Source of the DNA: Methylophilaceae bacterium
Lineage (GTDB): Bacteria > Pseudomonadota > Gammaproteobacteria > Burkholderiales > Methylophilaceae
Reading direction: 5' to 3'
DNA: 61,512 nucleotides
NCBI GenBank assembly: GCA_046153505.1
Contig: JBJXDT010000095.1
Coordinates: forward strand, 1-61,512
The position numbers and the translations under genes were made by a program. Numbering within the stretch: the stretch's first letter is position 1; each line of letters starts with the position of its first letter. The notes under the pieces were generated by a model. It saw only the letters and a program-made list of their open reading frames with translations, was not told the DNA's origin and did not search any database. Below are positions 39,105 through 48,600 of the stretch, in pieces.

Positions 39105-40251
39105 TCGGCTTATCCTTTCTATTACTGCCAGCCACCATCCGAATTTCAAATAATCGACACTCTAATGGGCCGTTAAATAGTAGCGTTTTTTTGCTGGGCG
39201 CCAAACGCATCAGTTTTGGCATACGTAAATCGTTAGTTAAAAAGTAAGCATTCCAACCCGCAAACTTCCGCTTGAGTGCCTCTCCCAATTTAGGATAAAA
39301 CGCCGCTAGCTCCTCATCCTCACCGATACGCACCCCGTAAGGTGGGTTTGCCACAACTACCCCGTTCTCGGCTGGCGATATTGCTTCCAACACATCTGCA
39401 TGCGCCAACTGCACCGCCTCGCCTAAGCCAGCCTCGGTCAAGTTTTGCTTGGCCACACGCACAGCACGTAAATCCAAGTCACTGCCATAAATCTTTTGAA
39501 AGGTAGCTGGTTTAACCGCTTTTTGCGCACTGTTTTTAATTTTTTTCCACGTGTCCGATTCAAAGTTTTTAAGTTTTTCAAAACCAAACTCGCGTTTTAA
39601 CCCTGGCGCAATATTAAGCGCCATCATCGCGGCTTCTAATAAAAACGTACCACTACCGCACATTGGGTCTAGCAAGGATTGCCCAACTTGCCAGCCAGAC
39701 AACTGCAAAATACCGGCGGCTAAATTCTCGCGCAAAGGTGCCTCAATACTGGCTTTGCGGTTACCACGCTGATACAGCGCATTGCCAGAAGTATCGACAT
39801 AATAGATGTACTCATCTGTTGTTAAATAGGCGTGAATGCGTACTGCGGGTGTCTTAGTATCAATGTAGGGACGAGAGCCCACACTTAGTCTAAATTTATC
39901 GCAAATGGCATCTTTGATTTTTAAGGTGGCAAACTCTAGGCTCTTTAAAGGGCACTTCACGCCCGTCACTTTCACCATAAAATCGTGTTTTACGTCAAAC
40001 CAATTAGGCCAATTGACCTTATAAGCCGCATTAAATAGGTCTTCTTCGTTCAGATATTTTCCACGTGTAACCTGCCACATAATCCGAGTTGCAATACGGG
40101 AGTATAGATTAGCCTGGTAGCAAACTGACACCTCGCCCAAAAAGCTTACCCCGCCGTCTGTCGCTTTAATACTTTTGGCGCCACATTGATGTAACTCATT
40201 GACTAATAGAGCCTCTAAGCCCCTAGGGCAGGTTGCAAAATACTGATTCAT
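39097..40251 (-). CDS. THUMP-domain class I SAM-dependent RNA methyltransferase (RlmL-like)
   Basis: An N-terminal THUMP-like region precedes DPMCGSGTFLLEA and the catalytic VVANPPYG. Confidence 0.85.
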   Translation of the reverse strand: MNQYFATCPRGLEALLVNELHQCGAKSIKATDGGVSFLGEVSVCYQANLYSRIATRIMWQVTRGKYLNEEDLFNAAYKVNWPNWFDVKHDFMVKVTGVKCPLKSLEFATLKIKDAICDKFRLSVGSRPYIDTKTPAVRIHAYLTTDEYIYYVDTSGNALYQRGNRKASIEAPLRENLAAGILQLSGWQVGQSLLDPMCGSGTFLLEAAMMALNIAPGLKREFGFEKLKNFESDTWKKIKNSAQKAVKPATFQKIYGSDLDLRAVRVAKQNLTEAGLGEAVQLAHADVLEAISPAENGVVVANPPYGVRIGEDEELAAFYPKLGEALKRKFAGWNAYFLTNDLRMPKLMRLAPSKKTLLFNGPLECRLFEIRMVAGSNRKDKPNE

Positions 40252-41039
40252 TTTGATTCCAGTGCATGTTGAAGCGCATCGTAGCTATTATGCACCTGTA
40301 ATTTATCTAAAAATTCGGAGAACTCAATTTTATGGTCTTTTTCCAACTGCTTAGCACGCTCGCGTAATTTTTTCTCGGTGGTTCTTAACGCGTTTTGGAA
40401 GCCAAACACAATGATATTCCCCGGTTTTCCCGTTGGCATCATCAGCACACAATCAGAAAAAGTTTGCTCAATACGATGCATGTATAAATCAAAGTTTTTA
40501 TCTGAGCCCCATAAGTTAATGACAAATATGCCATTGTCTTTTAGCGCCTCAAAGCAACTATCAAAAAAATCCTGCGTGCAAAAATTTTCTGGAATTCCAT
40601 GAGAATCAAAGCCGTCAATAATCACGCAATCGTGGCTGGCACGGTTATCTAGTAGATACTGCACGCCATCACCCTCAATCAAATTTAAACGTGCATCGTT
40701 TTCTGGCACATAAAAATGGCTTTTGGCAACCGTAATCACTTGGGTATTAATTTCCACCACGTTTTGTGCAATTTCTGGGCAATATTTGTAAATGTATTTA
40801 GTGACGGAACCGCCGCCCAAACCAATGGTAAGCACTGTTTTAATCTGGCTAGAAAACAGCAAAAAACACATAATGCCACGTGAATAATTGAGCGCTAAAG
40901 CGAAGGGGTCTTTAACAATCATGCTACTTTGAATGGTGTCAGAACCCAAATGCAAATTGCGCATATTATCAAGCTCGGTCACTTCTACCGTGCAATCTTG
41001 CGCCACACTTTTATGAATTTTGCGATTAAATATCCGCAT
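40248..41039 (-). CDS. Spermidine-synthase-fold (PABS-like) SAM/dcSAM-dependent transferase, function unclear
   Basis: VLTIGLGGGSVTKY, VVEIN and DCVIIDGFDSHG. It lacks the GGGDG acidic residue of bona fide aminopropyltransferases. The ATG is at 41039 and the track ORF extends to 41090. It overlaps the downstream gene in ATGA. Confidence 0.65.
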   Translation of the reverse strand: MRIFNRKIHKSVAQDCTVEVTELDNMRNLHLGSDTIQSSMIVKDPFALALNYSRGIMCFLLFSSQIKTVLTIGLGGGSVTKYIYKYCPEIAQNVVEINTQVITVAKSHFYVPENDARLNLIEGDGVQYLLDNRASHDCVIIDGFDSHGIPENFCTQDFFDSCFEALKDNGIFVINLWGSDKNFDLYMHRIEQTFSDCVLMMPTGKPGNIIVFGFQNALRTTEKKLRERAKQLEKDHKIEFSEFLDKLQVHNSYDALQHALESK

Positions 41040-42930
41040 CACTTTGTTCCATTTCTTTCGCGTCCACTTGCTCTGCTGTTGATGTCTCAATTACTTGCTT
41101 AAACTTACAATGAAGTTCCATCAACAAAGTATCAATATGCTTAATCTCTAACAATACTTTCGTACCCACTTTTATTTCGGGCTGACCTGTAGGAAGGCTA
41201 GGCACTTTGGTAATAAAAAACATGCCATCGATACGCACCAAATTCTCACGCCACACCGTTGCGGTAACTTCTGTTAGTTGCTCTTGAATCAGATACTGCA
41301 AGCACCAATATCGCTCCATCCGCGTTTGAAACTCGTTGTAAGCGTTATAAGTTTGGTCAAAATTGCGAATAATGACATTGAGTTTGCCATCTTTTGCGTT
41401 GTAGGGCGCGTCTGTATGATTCAACATCGCCACCAATTGGCGTTGATTCACCAAATCCACCGCACGTCTTAAGGGTGAGGTTGACCAAGCATATTGCGCC
41501 ACACCCAAACCTTGGTGCGGCGTCGCTTCTGATGTCATAAACACTTTTCCGCCTGTTTGTGCACGGTACACCCCTGCCAAGCCAGCATCTTTTAACATTC
41601 CGCCCCACGTGGCATTGGTGTAAATCATCAATTCAGCCACCAATTTATCCATGGGCGATCCACGCTCACGCGGCACGATATTAACGATGCCATCCACCAC
41701 ATAGAAATTATAGTCAATTTGCGGAGCGCGGTTAGGGTCTGCCTTGCCGCGCGCTACTTCGAGCGATTCTGCAAACCCGTACAAAAACTTCAGCTGCAGC
41801 CAATACGGGTGGCCACTATTTTCCGCCAAGGTATGTTCATTAAAATAGGGTTCTAGACTATCATGACGCAAATTCTCTGCCACTTCGATGAGCTCAACCA
41901 AAGTTTCAACACCAAGCACTTCAAACGTCGGAGTTACTTCGCAATATAAGCTTAATGCTGGTTTTGTTTCACCTGCATTTAGGCTAAAGGGCTGTACGAC
42001 TTGTTCGGGCAGCATGGTGATTTTATTGCCCGGCATATAGACGGTTGAAAGGCGTTTCATGACTTCAACATCCAAGGGTGAATCAACCGTGACCCCCAAG
42101 GCTGGTGCGGCAATGTGAATGCCAACACGCGTGTTGCCATTACTTAGCAGCTCAACACTAAACGCATCGTCAATTTCGGTGGTAGTGGCATCGTCAATAC
42201 TAAAGGTTTTCGCGTGTGCTTTTGGCAAAACGATTGGCGCTTGTATGGGTTCAAAGGATGGAAACTCGGTGCCCTCTTTAAACATCTCGCGCAAAAAAGC
42301 ACCTAAATGGTAATCATGCGCGCTTTTAATTAAGCCTGCTTCAAACATCACGCTCAGCGCCAATCTGCCAGAGGAATGTGCTGCTTCCTCAATCGCTTTC
42401 CACTGCAAGCTATTTTTATCGGGGTTGTAAATAAGACTATCTGCTTTTGCTGCAAACCCTTCTGGCAACGTTTTATTGTTAAGTTGCTCCACCCATTCAG
42501 TCATTTGCAAGGCTTGCAGCTTTTTACGTTCTACCGCAGCCAGCGCAAGCTTCAGTGTTTCTGCAGGCGCGGCTTTGTAACGGCCTTTGCCCTTGCGGTA
42601 AAAATACACGGGGGCGCTATGCACTTTAATTGCCGTGGCGGCAGATTGGATGCTGTTGGGCTTGCCGCCATAATACTCGCTTGCCAAATCCTCAAAACCA
42701 AATTCTGGCTCACCACAACACTCCCACAAAAAATCAATGTCTAAGGTTTCCGCCTCCATATTGGCGGCTTCCATAAAGCTTGCGAGAGCGCCATCAAAGC
42801 GTAACAAAACGTTAGCCGCCTTAATTTTGATGCGTTTGCCACTGGACGATTCCACTTGTAACGAGGCATCCGTCTCGCTCATTACGCTAGCGACTTTGAA
42901 GCCGCCATCTTCTTCATAAAATACGTTCAT
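41026..42930 (-). CDS. RNB-domain exoribonuclease (RNase II/R family)
   Basis: 634 aa with the RNB core: IDDATTTEIDDAFSV, HIAAP, MLPE, YRAQ and WSTSPLRRAVDLVNQRQL. Confidence 0.85.
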   Translation of the reverse strand: MNVFYEEDGGFKVASVMSETDASLQVESSSGKRIKIKAANVLLRFDGALASFMEAANMEAETLDIDFLWECCGEPEFGFEDLASEYYGGKPNSIQSAATAIKVHSAPVYFYRKGKGRYKAAPAETLKLALAAVERKKLQALQMTEWVEQLNNKTLPEGFAAKADSLIYNPDKNSLQWKAIEEAAHSSGRLALSVMFEAGLIKSAHDYHLGAFLREMFKEGTEFPSFEPIQAPIVLPKAHAKTFSIDDATTTEIDDAFSVELLSNGNTRVGIHIAAPALGVTVDSPLDVEVMKRLSTVYMPGNKITMLPEQVVQPFSLNAGETKPALSLYCEVTPTFEVLGVETLVELIEVAENLRHDSLEPYFNEHTLAENSGHPYWLQLKFLYGFAESLEVARGKADPNRAPQIDYNFYVVDGIVNIVPRERGSPMDKLVAELMIYTNATWGGMLKDAGLAGVYRAQTGGKVFMTSEATPHQGLGVAQYAWSTSPLRRAVDLVNQRQLVAMLNHTDAPYNAKDGKLNVIIRNFDQTYNAYNEFQTRMERYWCLQYLIQEQLTEVTATVWRENLVRIDGMFFITKVPSLPTGQPEIKVGTKVLLEIKHIDTLLMELHCKFKQVIETSTAEQVDAKEMEQSDADI

Positions 42931-43018
42931 GCATCGTCAATTTAACTGATAAGCTTCTATTTTACCTTGCTTTGGCAAAAGCGCTTGGTTGCTAATGTGT
43001 CTAACGTTAAAATAAGCT

Positions 43019-44041
43019 ATGGATAACCGCATTCCCGTGACACTTTTAACTGGTTTTTTAGGCAGTGGCAAAACAACGTTGCTGAACAAGCTATTAACAA
43101 ACCCAAGTATGAAAAATACAGCGGTGATTATTAACGAGCTGGGCGAAGCTGGATTAGACCATATTCTGGCGCAAAATGTAGAGAGCAGTTATGTGGCAGA
43201 TAACGCCGTGTTGCTGCAAAGCGGTTGCTTGTGTTGCACCTTAAGTAACGAGCTTGCTGATACCATGCGCGATTTGTTTTTTAAGCGCGCAGTGGATGCG
43301 ATTCCGCAATTTAACCGCATTATTATCGAAACCACAGGCATGGCCAACCCTGGCCCGATTATGGCCAACTTAATGAACGAGCCAGTGATTGAAAGTGTGT
43401 ATCGCTTAGATGCAGTGGTGGTGACAATTGACGCGGTGTATGGCTTGCAACAAATAAATGAACACGTCGAAGCGCGCAAACAAGCAGCGGTTGCGGATGT
43501 GCTACTATTCACCAAAACAGATTTAGCCACGTCCGAACAAGTGAGCGAACTAAAGGAGAAGCTGATTAGCATTAATCCTGGCGCTACCCAACATAAAATT
43601 CTGCATGGTAAAATTGACCCCGAGTTTATCATTGATGTGGGGCTTTTTGACCCCACAGGCAAACGTGCAGAGCCTGAGCGTTGGTTGCGCGAGCCATTTA
43701 GGAAAACAAACAGCCAAGTAAAAGGGATGCTTACGAAAGGTTCGCATAATGATGAAATTATGAGCTTTACTGTGGCTATGCCCAAGCCTTTGAATTGGAA
43801 AGACTTAAAGCCGATTATTCTGAAGCTTTGCCAATCTTATGGCGAAAATTTACTGCGCTTAAAAGGCATTATCCATGCAGAAGATCAACCTGCGCCATTG
43901 GCGATTCACGCGGTGCATTTTACACCTTACCCCGCCACCCTACTCACAGGTTGGGATGAAGATGAGCCAATTAGTCGCATTGTGTTAATTGGCAAAGGGC
44001 TGGACGAAGCGGCGATTAGAAAAATGTTAACGCAGTTTTAG
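43019..44041 (+). CDS. COG0523 (CobW/YeiR/ZigA-like) metallochaperone GTPase
   Basis: Walker A GFLGSGKTTLLN, metal-binding GCLCCT, ETTGMANP, switch motif FTKTDL and a CobW_C-like C-terminus. Confidence 0.88.
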   Translation: MDNRIPVTLLTGFLGSGKTTLLNKLLTNPSMKNTAVIINELGEAGLDHILAQNVESSYVADNAVLLQSGCLCCTLSNELADTMRDLFFKRAVDAIPQFNRIIIETTGMANPGPIMANLMNEPVIESVYRLDAVVVTIDAVYGLQQINEHVEARKQAAVADVLLFTKTDLATSEQVSELKEKLISINPGATQHKILHGKIDPEFIIDVGLFDPTGKRAEPERWLREPFRKTNSQVKGMLTKGSHNDEIMSFTVAMPKPLNWKDLKPIILKLCQSYGENLLRLKGIIHAEDQPAPLAIHAVHFTPYPATLLTGWDEDEPISRIVLIGKGLDEAAIRKMLTQF

Positions 44042-44140
44042 TATCAAGCGTAATTTTAATTTGTTACCCAGCGCGCGATAAACTAAAATATCCAGAGTGA
44101 ATAAAAAGCCTGCTTGAATGCTTATTAGAAAGCCCGCCAA

Positions 44141-45043
44141 ATGAAATACCTTATTTTTGCTTTATATGTGGCCTGCATTTTATATGTGCATTTTCGCGGT
44201 AAAGCCAAGTTGCCGTTTTTAAGGCAAATTTTTGACCACTCCTCTGTGGTGTCGCCCATCAATATTTTTATTTATTTATTCTCTAAAACTTCGCCCACTC
44301 TTACTTATGTGCCCGTGAGTGATTTTAAAAACTTGCAAATTTTGCAAGATAACTGGCAAACCATTCGCGATGAAGCCTTGGCAATTGAACGTTTGGACAA
44401 AATTAAAGCAGCCGAAAAAAATAATGATGCTGGTTTTAACTCCTTTTTTAAGAAGGGTTGGAAGCGCTTTTATCTTAAATGGTACGACGCTAGCCACCCT
44501 TCTGCATTGCTATATTGCCCCAAAACAGTCGCGCTACTTAAACAAGTACCAGAAATTAAAGCCGCTATGTTCACCGAGTTACCGCCTGGAGCAAAGCTTA
44601 ACCCGCACCGCGACCCTTATGCAGGCTCGTTGCGTTACCATTTAGGGCTTTCTACTCCCAACGATGACCGTGCCTTTATTAACGTGAACACCCAGCCCTA
44701 CAGTTGGCGCGATGGTGAGGGTGTGATTTTTGATGAAACCTATATCCATTGGGCGCTAAACGACACCGATAAAACGCGCATTATTTTACTGTGCGATGTA
44801 GAGCGCCCAATGATATTCGGCTGGGCACAAGCGGTAAACCGCTTGCTGGGGCGCGTAGTGCTAACAGCTGCGGCCAGCCCCAACGAAACAGGCGACCAAG
44901 AAGGCGGTATAAGCAAAATTTTTGTGCTTTTTTGGGTAATTGGACAATACAGACGTAAGCTTAAAAAATTCAGCAAGCCGCTTTATTTGCTAGTTAAATT
45001 CAGCTTAGTGGTGGGTGTAGCTTACTTGATTTATCGCTGGTAA
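44141..45043 (+). CDS. lpxO: Fe(II)/2-oxoglutarate-dependent Asp/Asn beta-hydroxylase-family membrane protein, LpxO-like lipid A hydroxylase
   Basis: VHFRGKAKLPFLRQ, NNDAGFNSFFKKGWKRFYLKWYD, CPKTVALL, LNPHRDPYAGSLRYHLGLSTPN and FDETYIHWA, with TM helices at both ends as in Salmonella LpxO. Confidence 0.8.
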   Translation: MKYLIFALYVACILYVHFRGKAKLPFLRQIFDHSSVVSPINIFIYLFSKTSPTLTYVPVSDFKNLQILQDNWQTIRDEALAIERLDKIKAAEKNNDAGFNSFFKKGWKRFYLKWYDASHPSALLYCPKTVALLKQVPEIKAAMFTELPPGAKLNPHRDPYAGSLRYHLGLSTPNDDRAFINVNTQPYSWRDGEGVIFDETYIHWALNDTDKTRIILLCDVERPMIFGWAQAVNRLLGRVVLTAAASPNETGDQEGGISKIFVLFWVIGQYRRKLKKFSKPLYLLVKFSLVVGVAYLIYRW

Positions 45044-45080
45044 ATTACTAAATTAAAAGTAATCTTTAACAAGAAAACTA

Positions 45081-45632
45081 ATGGAAAATTATTATTCGTT
45101 TATTGGTGGAAATAATGGCAAATGGCTTGTTACTAGCAACACTGCTATTGTTGGTTCGCCTATGGAAGACGTAAAAAACATCGAAGTCATCAATCTACCC
45201 TCGGCCTGTATAAATGACCAAGGCACTTGGATTCTACAGGGCTTTACAAGCAATGTTCGTTATGCTGACAGAAATGAGATTACTAAATTGCGCGCAAAGC
45301 AAGAAGTATTGAATAGACCAGATTCGATTTGCGCTGCCCTTATCCCTATTAAAAAAACTGCAGAATGGTGGAATTTAAGTCAAGATGAGCGCCGCGCAAT
45401 CTTTGAAGAGCAATCGCATCATACTGAAATTGGGCTAAGATACCTACCTCAAATTGCTCGACAACTACACCACAGTAGAGACCTTGGCGAACCATTCGAT
45501 TTTTTAACTTGGTTCGAATTTTCCCCAGATTACATATCGGATTTCGAAAAACTACTCTCAAATTTACGTGCGACAAAAGAGTGGGGTTATGTTGAGCGTG
45601 AAATTGATATTAGACTTAAAAAAATCGGTTAA
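45081..45632 (+). CDS. cld: Short (clade 2, dimeric-type) chlorite dismutase
   Basis: 183 aa that lines up with the Nitrobacter winogradskyi-type Cld as I remember it. Shared segments are AALIPIKKTAEWWNLSQDERRAIFEEQSHH, YLPQIARQLHHSRDLGEPFDFLTWFEF and RATKEWGYVEREIDIRL. His and Arg are 13 residues apart (SHH...IARQL), like the proximal His and distal Arg of active Clds. Confidence 0.85.
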   Translation: MENYYSFIGGNNGKWLVTSNTAIVGSPMEDVKNIEVINLPSACINDQGTWILQGFTSNVRYADRNEITKLRAKQEVLNRPDSICAALIPIKKTAEWWNLSQDERRAIFEEQSHHTEIGLRYLPQIARQLHHSRDLGEPFDFLTWFEFSPDYISDFEKLLSNLRATKEWGYVEREIDIRLKKIG

Positions 45633-48600
45633 TTCAAATCACTCCAAATTTTCTCTAGCCGCTTAATCGACACAGGGAATGGCGTTTTAAGCTCCTGCGC
45701 AAAAAGGGAAACGCGCAATTCCTCGATTAACCAACGATAATCGATGAGGGCTTGAGACACCTTATCAGATTTACGTTGTTTATCTATGGCAGCCTCCCAG
45801 TTTTGCCATAACAAGCCTACACTAGCTGCATTTTTTCCATCGCGGTCTGGATTAGCAGGTTGCTTTTCAATGCGTAATCTAAGTGCTTTTAAGTAGCGCG
45901 GGAAATGGGTAATTTGTTCCCAAGGGGTTTGGCTAAAACAGCCTTTAAATACCAGCAAACCAATTTGGCTCTCGACATCGCGCTTTAAACGATTTACCGT
46001 AGCGGGCATTTTGGCTTGCTGGTTAACCAACAAGGTATATTCTGTAGCAATGCTATTCACCATGCGGCATAATGCCTCTGTAACGGCTGGCAAACGCGTT
46101 CTAGCGCGCTGTTTTAGTTTCATAAACTCATCGTTGTTGCGCGGTAACTCATCTTCGCCTACAAATGCGCGATCAGCAATGGTGGTGAGCATATCTTCCT
46201 TCAAACCTTCTACGCTCACCGCATTGCGTAATTGCATCGCGTATTGGTTAAAATTGGGTAGACTTTTTTCTAGTTGCTTCATTTGCTCTTTAAGCTCAAA
46301 ACGCATTAAACGGCGCACACCAGCACGATGCGAGGCGGTTGCAGCTTGTTCGGTATCAAACAATTTTACCGCCACGCTTTCAATGTTATCTTCTAGCGCA
46401 GGATAACCAGTGAACTGATGCCCGTCTTTGCTGAACGTTAGCGTAGCTGGTAAATCGCCAAAATCCCATTGTTTAAGACCTGTCTTTTCAATGTCTGGCG
46501 AGGTGTTTCTAAACGTGAGTTGCGCTGCTTGCCCAAGCTGTTTTTTAAGCGAAATCCAATCGCGGCTCATGCCTAACTCACGACCTTTTTCGTCTATCAC
46601 GCTAAAGTTCATAAAAGCGTGGGGCGGCAAGTTGGCTAAATTAAAGTCATCTACACCTAATTTAAGCGTGGTTTTAAGTTGAATATACTGGGTTAAGGCC
46701 TGCAACAAAGGACTTGCTCCAACGTTGGCTTGCTCTAAAAAGCCTGTCACAAATTCGGGCACGGGTACGCATGCATTACGATATTGTTTGGGTAAGCTCT
46801 TAATAAGGTTCGTGAGTTTTTCTCGTAACATGCCTGGCACCAACCATTCGGTGCGTGTGGCGTCTAGCTGATTAAGCAAGGCAAGTGGCACGGTAGCAGT
46901 TACGCCATCTAAGAGGTGCGTAGGTTCAAAGCGATATTTAAGCGACAATTTGGCACCATCTACCAAAAAATATTCTGGAAACTGCGCCTCGGTCACGCTA
47001 GCTGCGCCATGTCGCATTAGTGCTTCTTTGGTTAAATATAGCAGGCGTGGATTAAGCTTTTCAGCTTCTGAGCGCCATTTCTCGAAACTTGTGCCACTAA
47101 AAATACCCGCAGGGATAATCGCGTCATAAAACGCAAACAATTGATGCTCATCTACCATAACATCTTGACGGCGAGATTTATGTTCTAATGCTTCTATTTC
47201 GGCTATCATGCGGCGATTAGCCTCAAAAAAGCTCGCTTTTGTGTCAAACTCCATATTAGCAAGTGCTTCACGAATAAAAATTTCGCGCGATTCTTGCGGA
47301 CTAATTGGTCCATAATACACGCGGCGCTTAGGAATCACTGTCAGGCCGTACAAGCTCACGCGCTCCCATGCGTTGACCATTGCCATTTTTCTATCCCAGC
47401 GCGGGTCACTGTATGCGCTCTGGGTTAACCCCCGCGCAAGTGGCTCTATCCAGTCTGGTTCAATTTTGGCAACACAACGCGCATACAGTTTGCTGGTGTC
47501 CACCAACTCTGCAGCAATCACCCATTTTGGGCGGATTTTCTTAAGTGCGGAACCTGGCGCAATATGAAAGCGGATGCCTCGCGCACCCGCGTAAGATTCG
47601 CTTTCACCATCCTTAAAGCCGATATTACCTAGCAAGCCTGCGAGCAAGGCTTTATGAATTTGCTCATAGGATGGCTCTTTGTCATTAAGCCTAAATTCCA
47701 TTTCCTCAACTATTTCAAGCAACTGGGCGTGTAACTCGCGCCATTCTTTTAAGCGTAAAAATGAAAGGAAATTGGCATGACACTGACTGAGTAACTCCTT
47801 GTTAGATTTTTTGGTTTTAAGCGCTTGCTCGTACCAATCCCAAATTTTAAGAAAGCTTATAAAATCAGAGCCTTCACCTGCAAATTTGCTATGGGCATTA
47901 TCAGCCGCCTCGCGTTTATCCATGGGTCTTTCACGCGGATCTTGAATGCTTAATGCGCTGGTAATAATCAAAATTTCTTTTAAACAAGCCTCACGTTTAG
48001 CCGCCAATATCATGCGCCCCACACGTGGGTCTAGTGGCAATTTGGCAAGTTGCAAACCTGTTTCGGTAATTTCGCGCTTATCATTCACTGCACCCAATTC
48101 TTGCAACAACAAATAGCCATCGGCAATTAAGCGCGAACTTGGCGTCTCAATAAACGGAAACGCCTCGACATCACCCAATCTAAGTGCCGCCATGCGTAAA
48201 ATGACGGCAGCTAGCGAGCTACGCAAAATTTCAGGCTCGGTAAATTCTGGACGATTGTTAAAATCCTCCTCTGAATACAGCCGAATACATATGCCGCTAG
48301 AAACGCGCCCACAACGTCCAGCGCGTTGTTTAGCAGCTGCCTGCGAAATTTTTTCAATTTGTAATTGCTCAACTTTGGCCCTTGATGAGTAGCGGTTTAC
48401 ACGCGCCAAACCTGCATCAATGACATATTTGATGCCTGGTACGGTCAAAGATGTTTCTGCCACATTAGTAGCCAGCACAATGCGGCGCCTGCCACCTGTG
48501 CGGAATATTTTTTGTTGGTCTTCAATGCTTAAGCGCGCAAACAGCGGAAGCACTTCTACATGCTTAAGCTTGGGCGATCGGCCTTGATATTTGCGCAGGT

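Noticed and set aside
42931-43018. A Zur box upstream of the COG0523 metallochaperone gene.
   Set aside because: I found only an 8-nt palindrome, TAACGTTA (43002..43009), and a possible TTGGTT-17-TAAAAT promoter. Nothing resembles the long AT-rich Zur palindromes I know. A position-weight-matrix scan would be needed to settle it.
43189-43785. A 198-aa minus-strand ORF antisense to the COG0523 GTPase gene.
   Set aside because: The + strand product has Walker A, CxCC and CobW_C features along its whole length. The antisense translation has no motifs.
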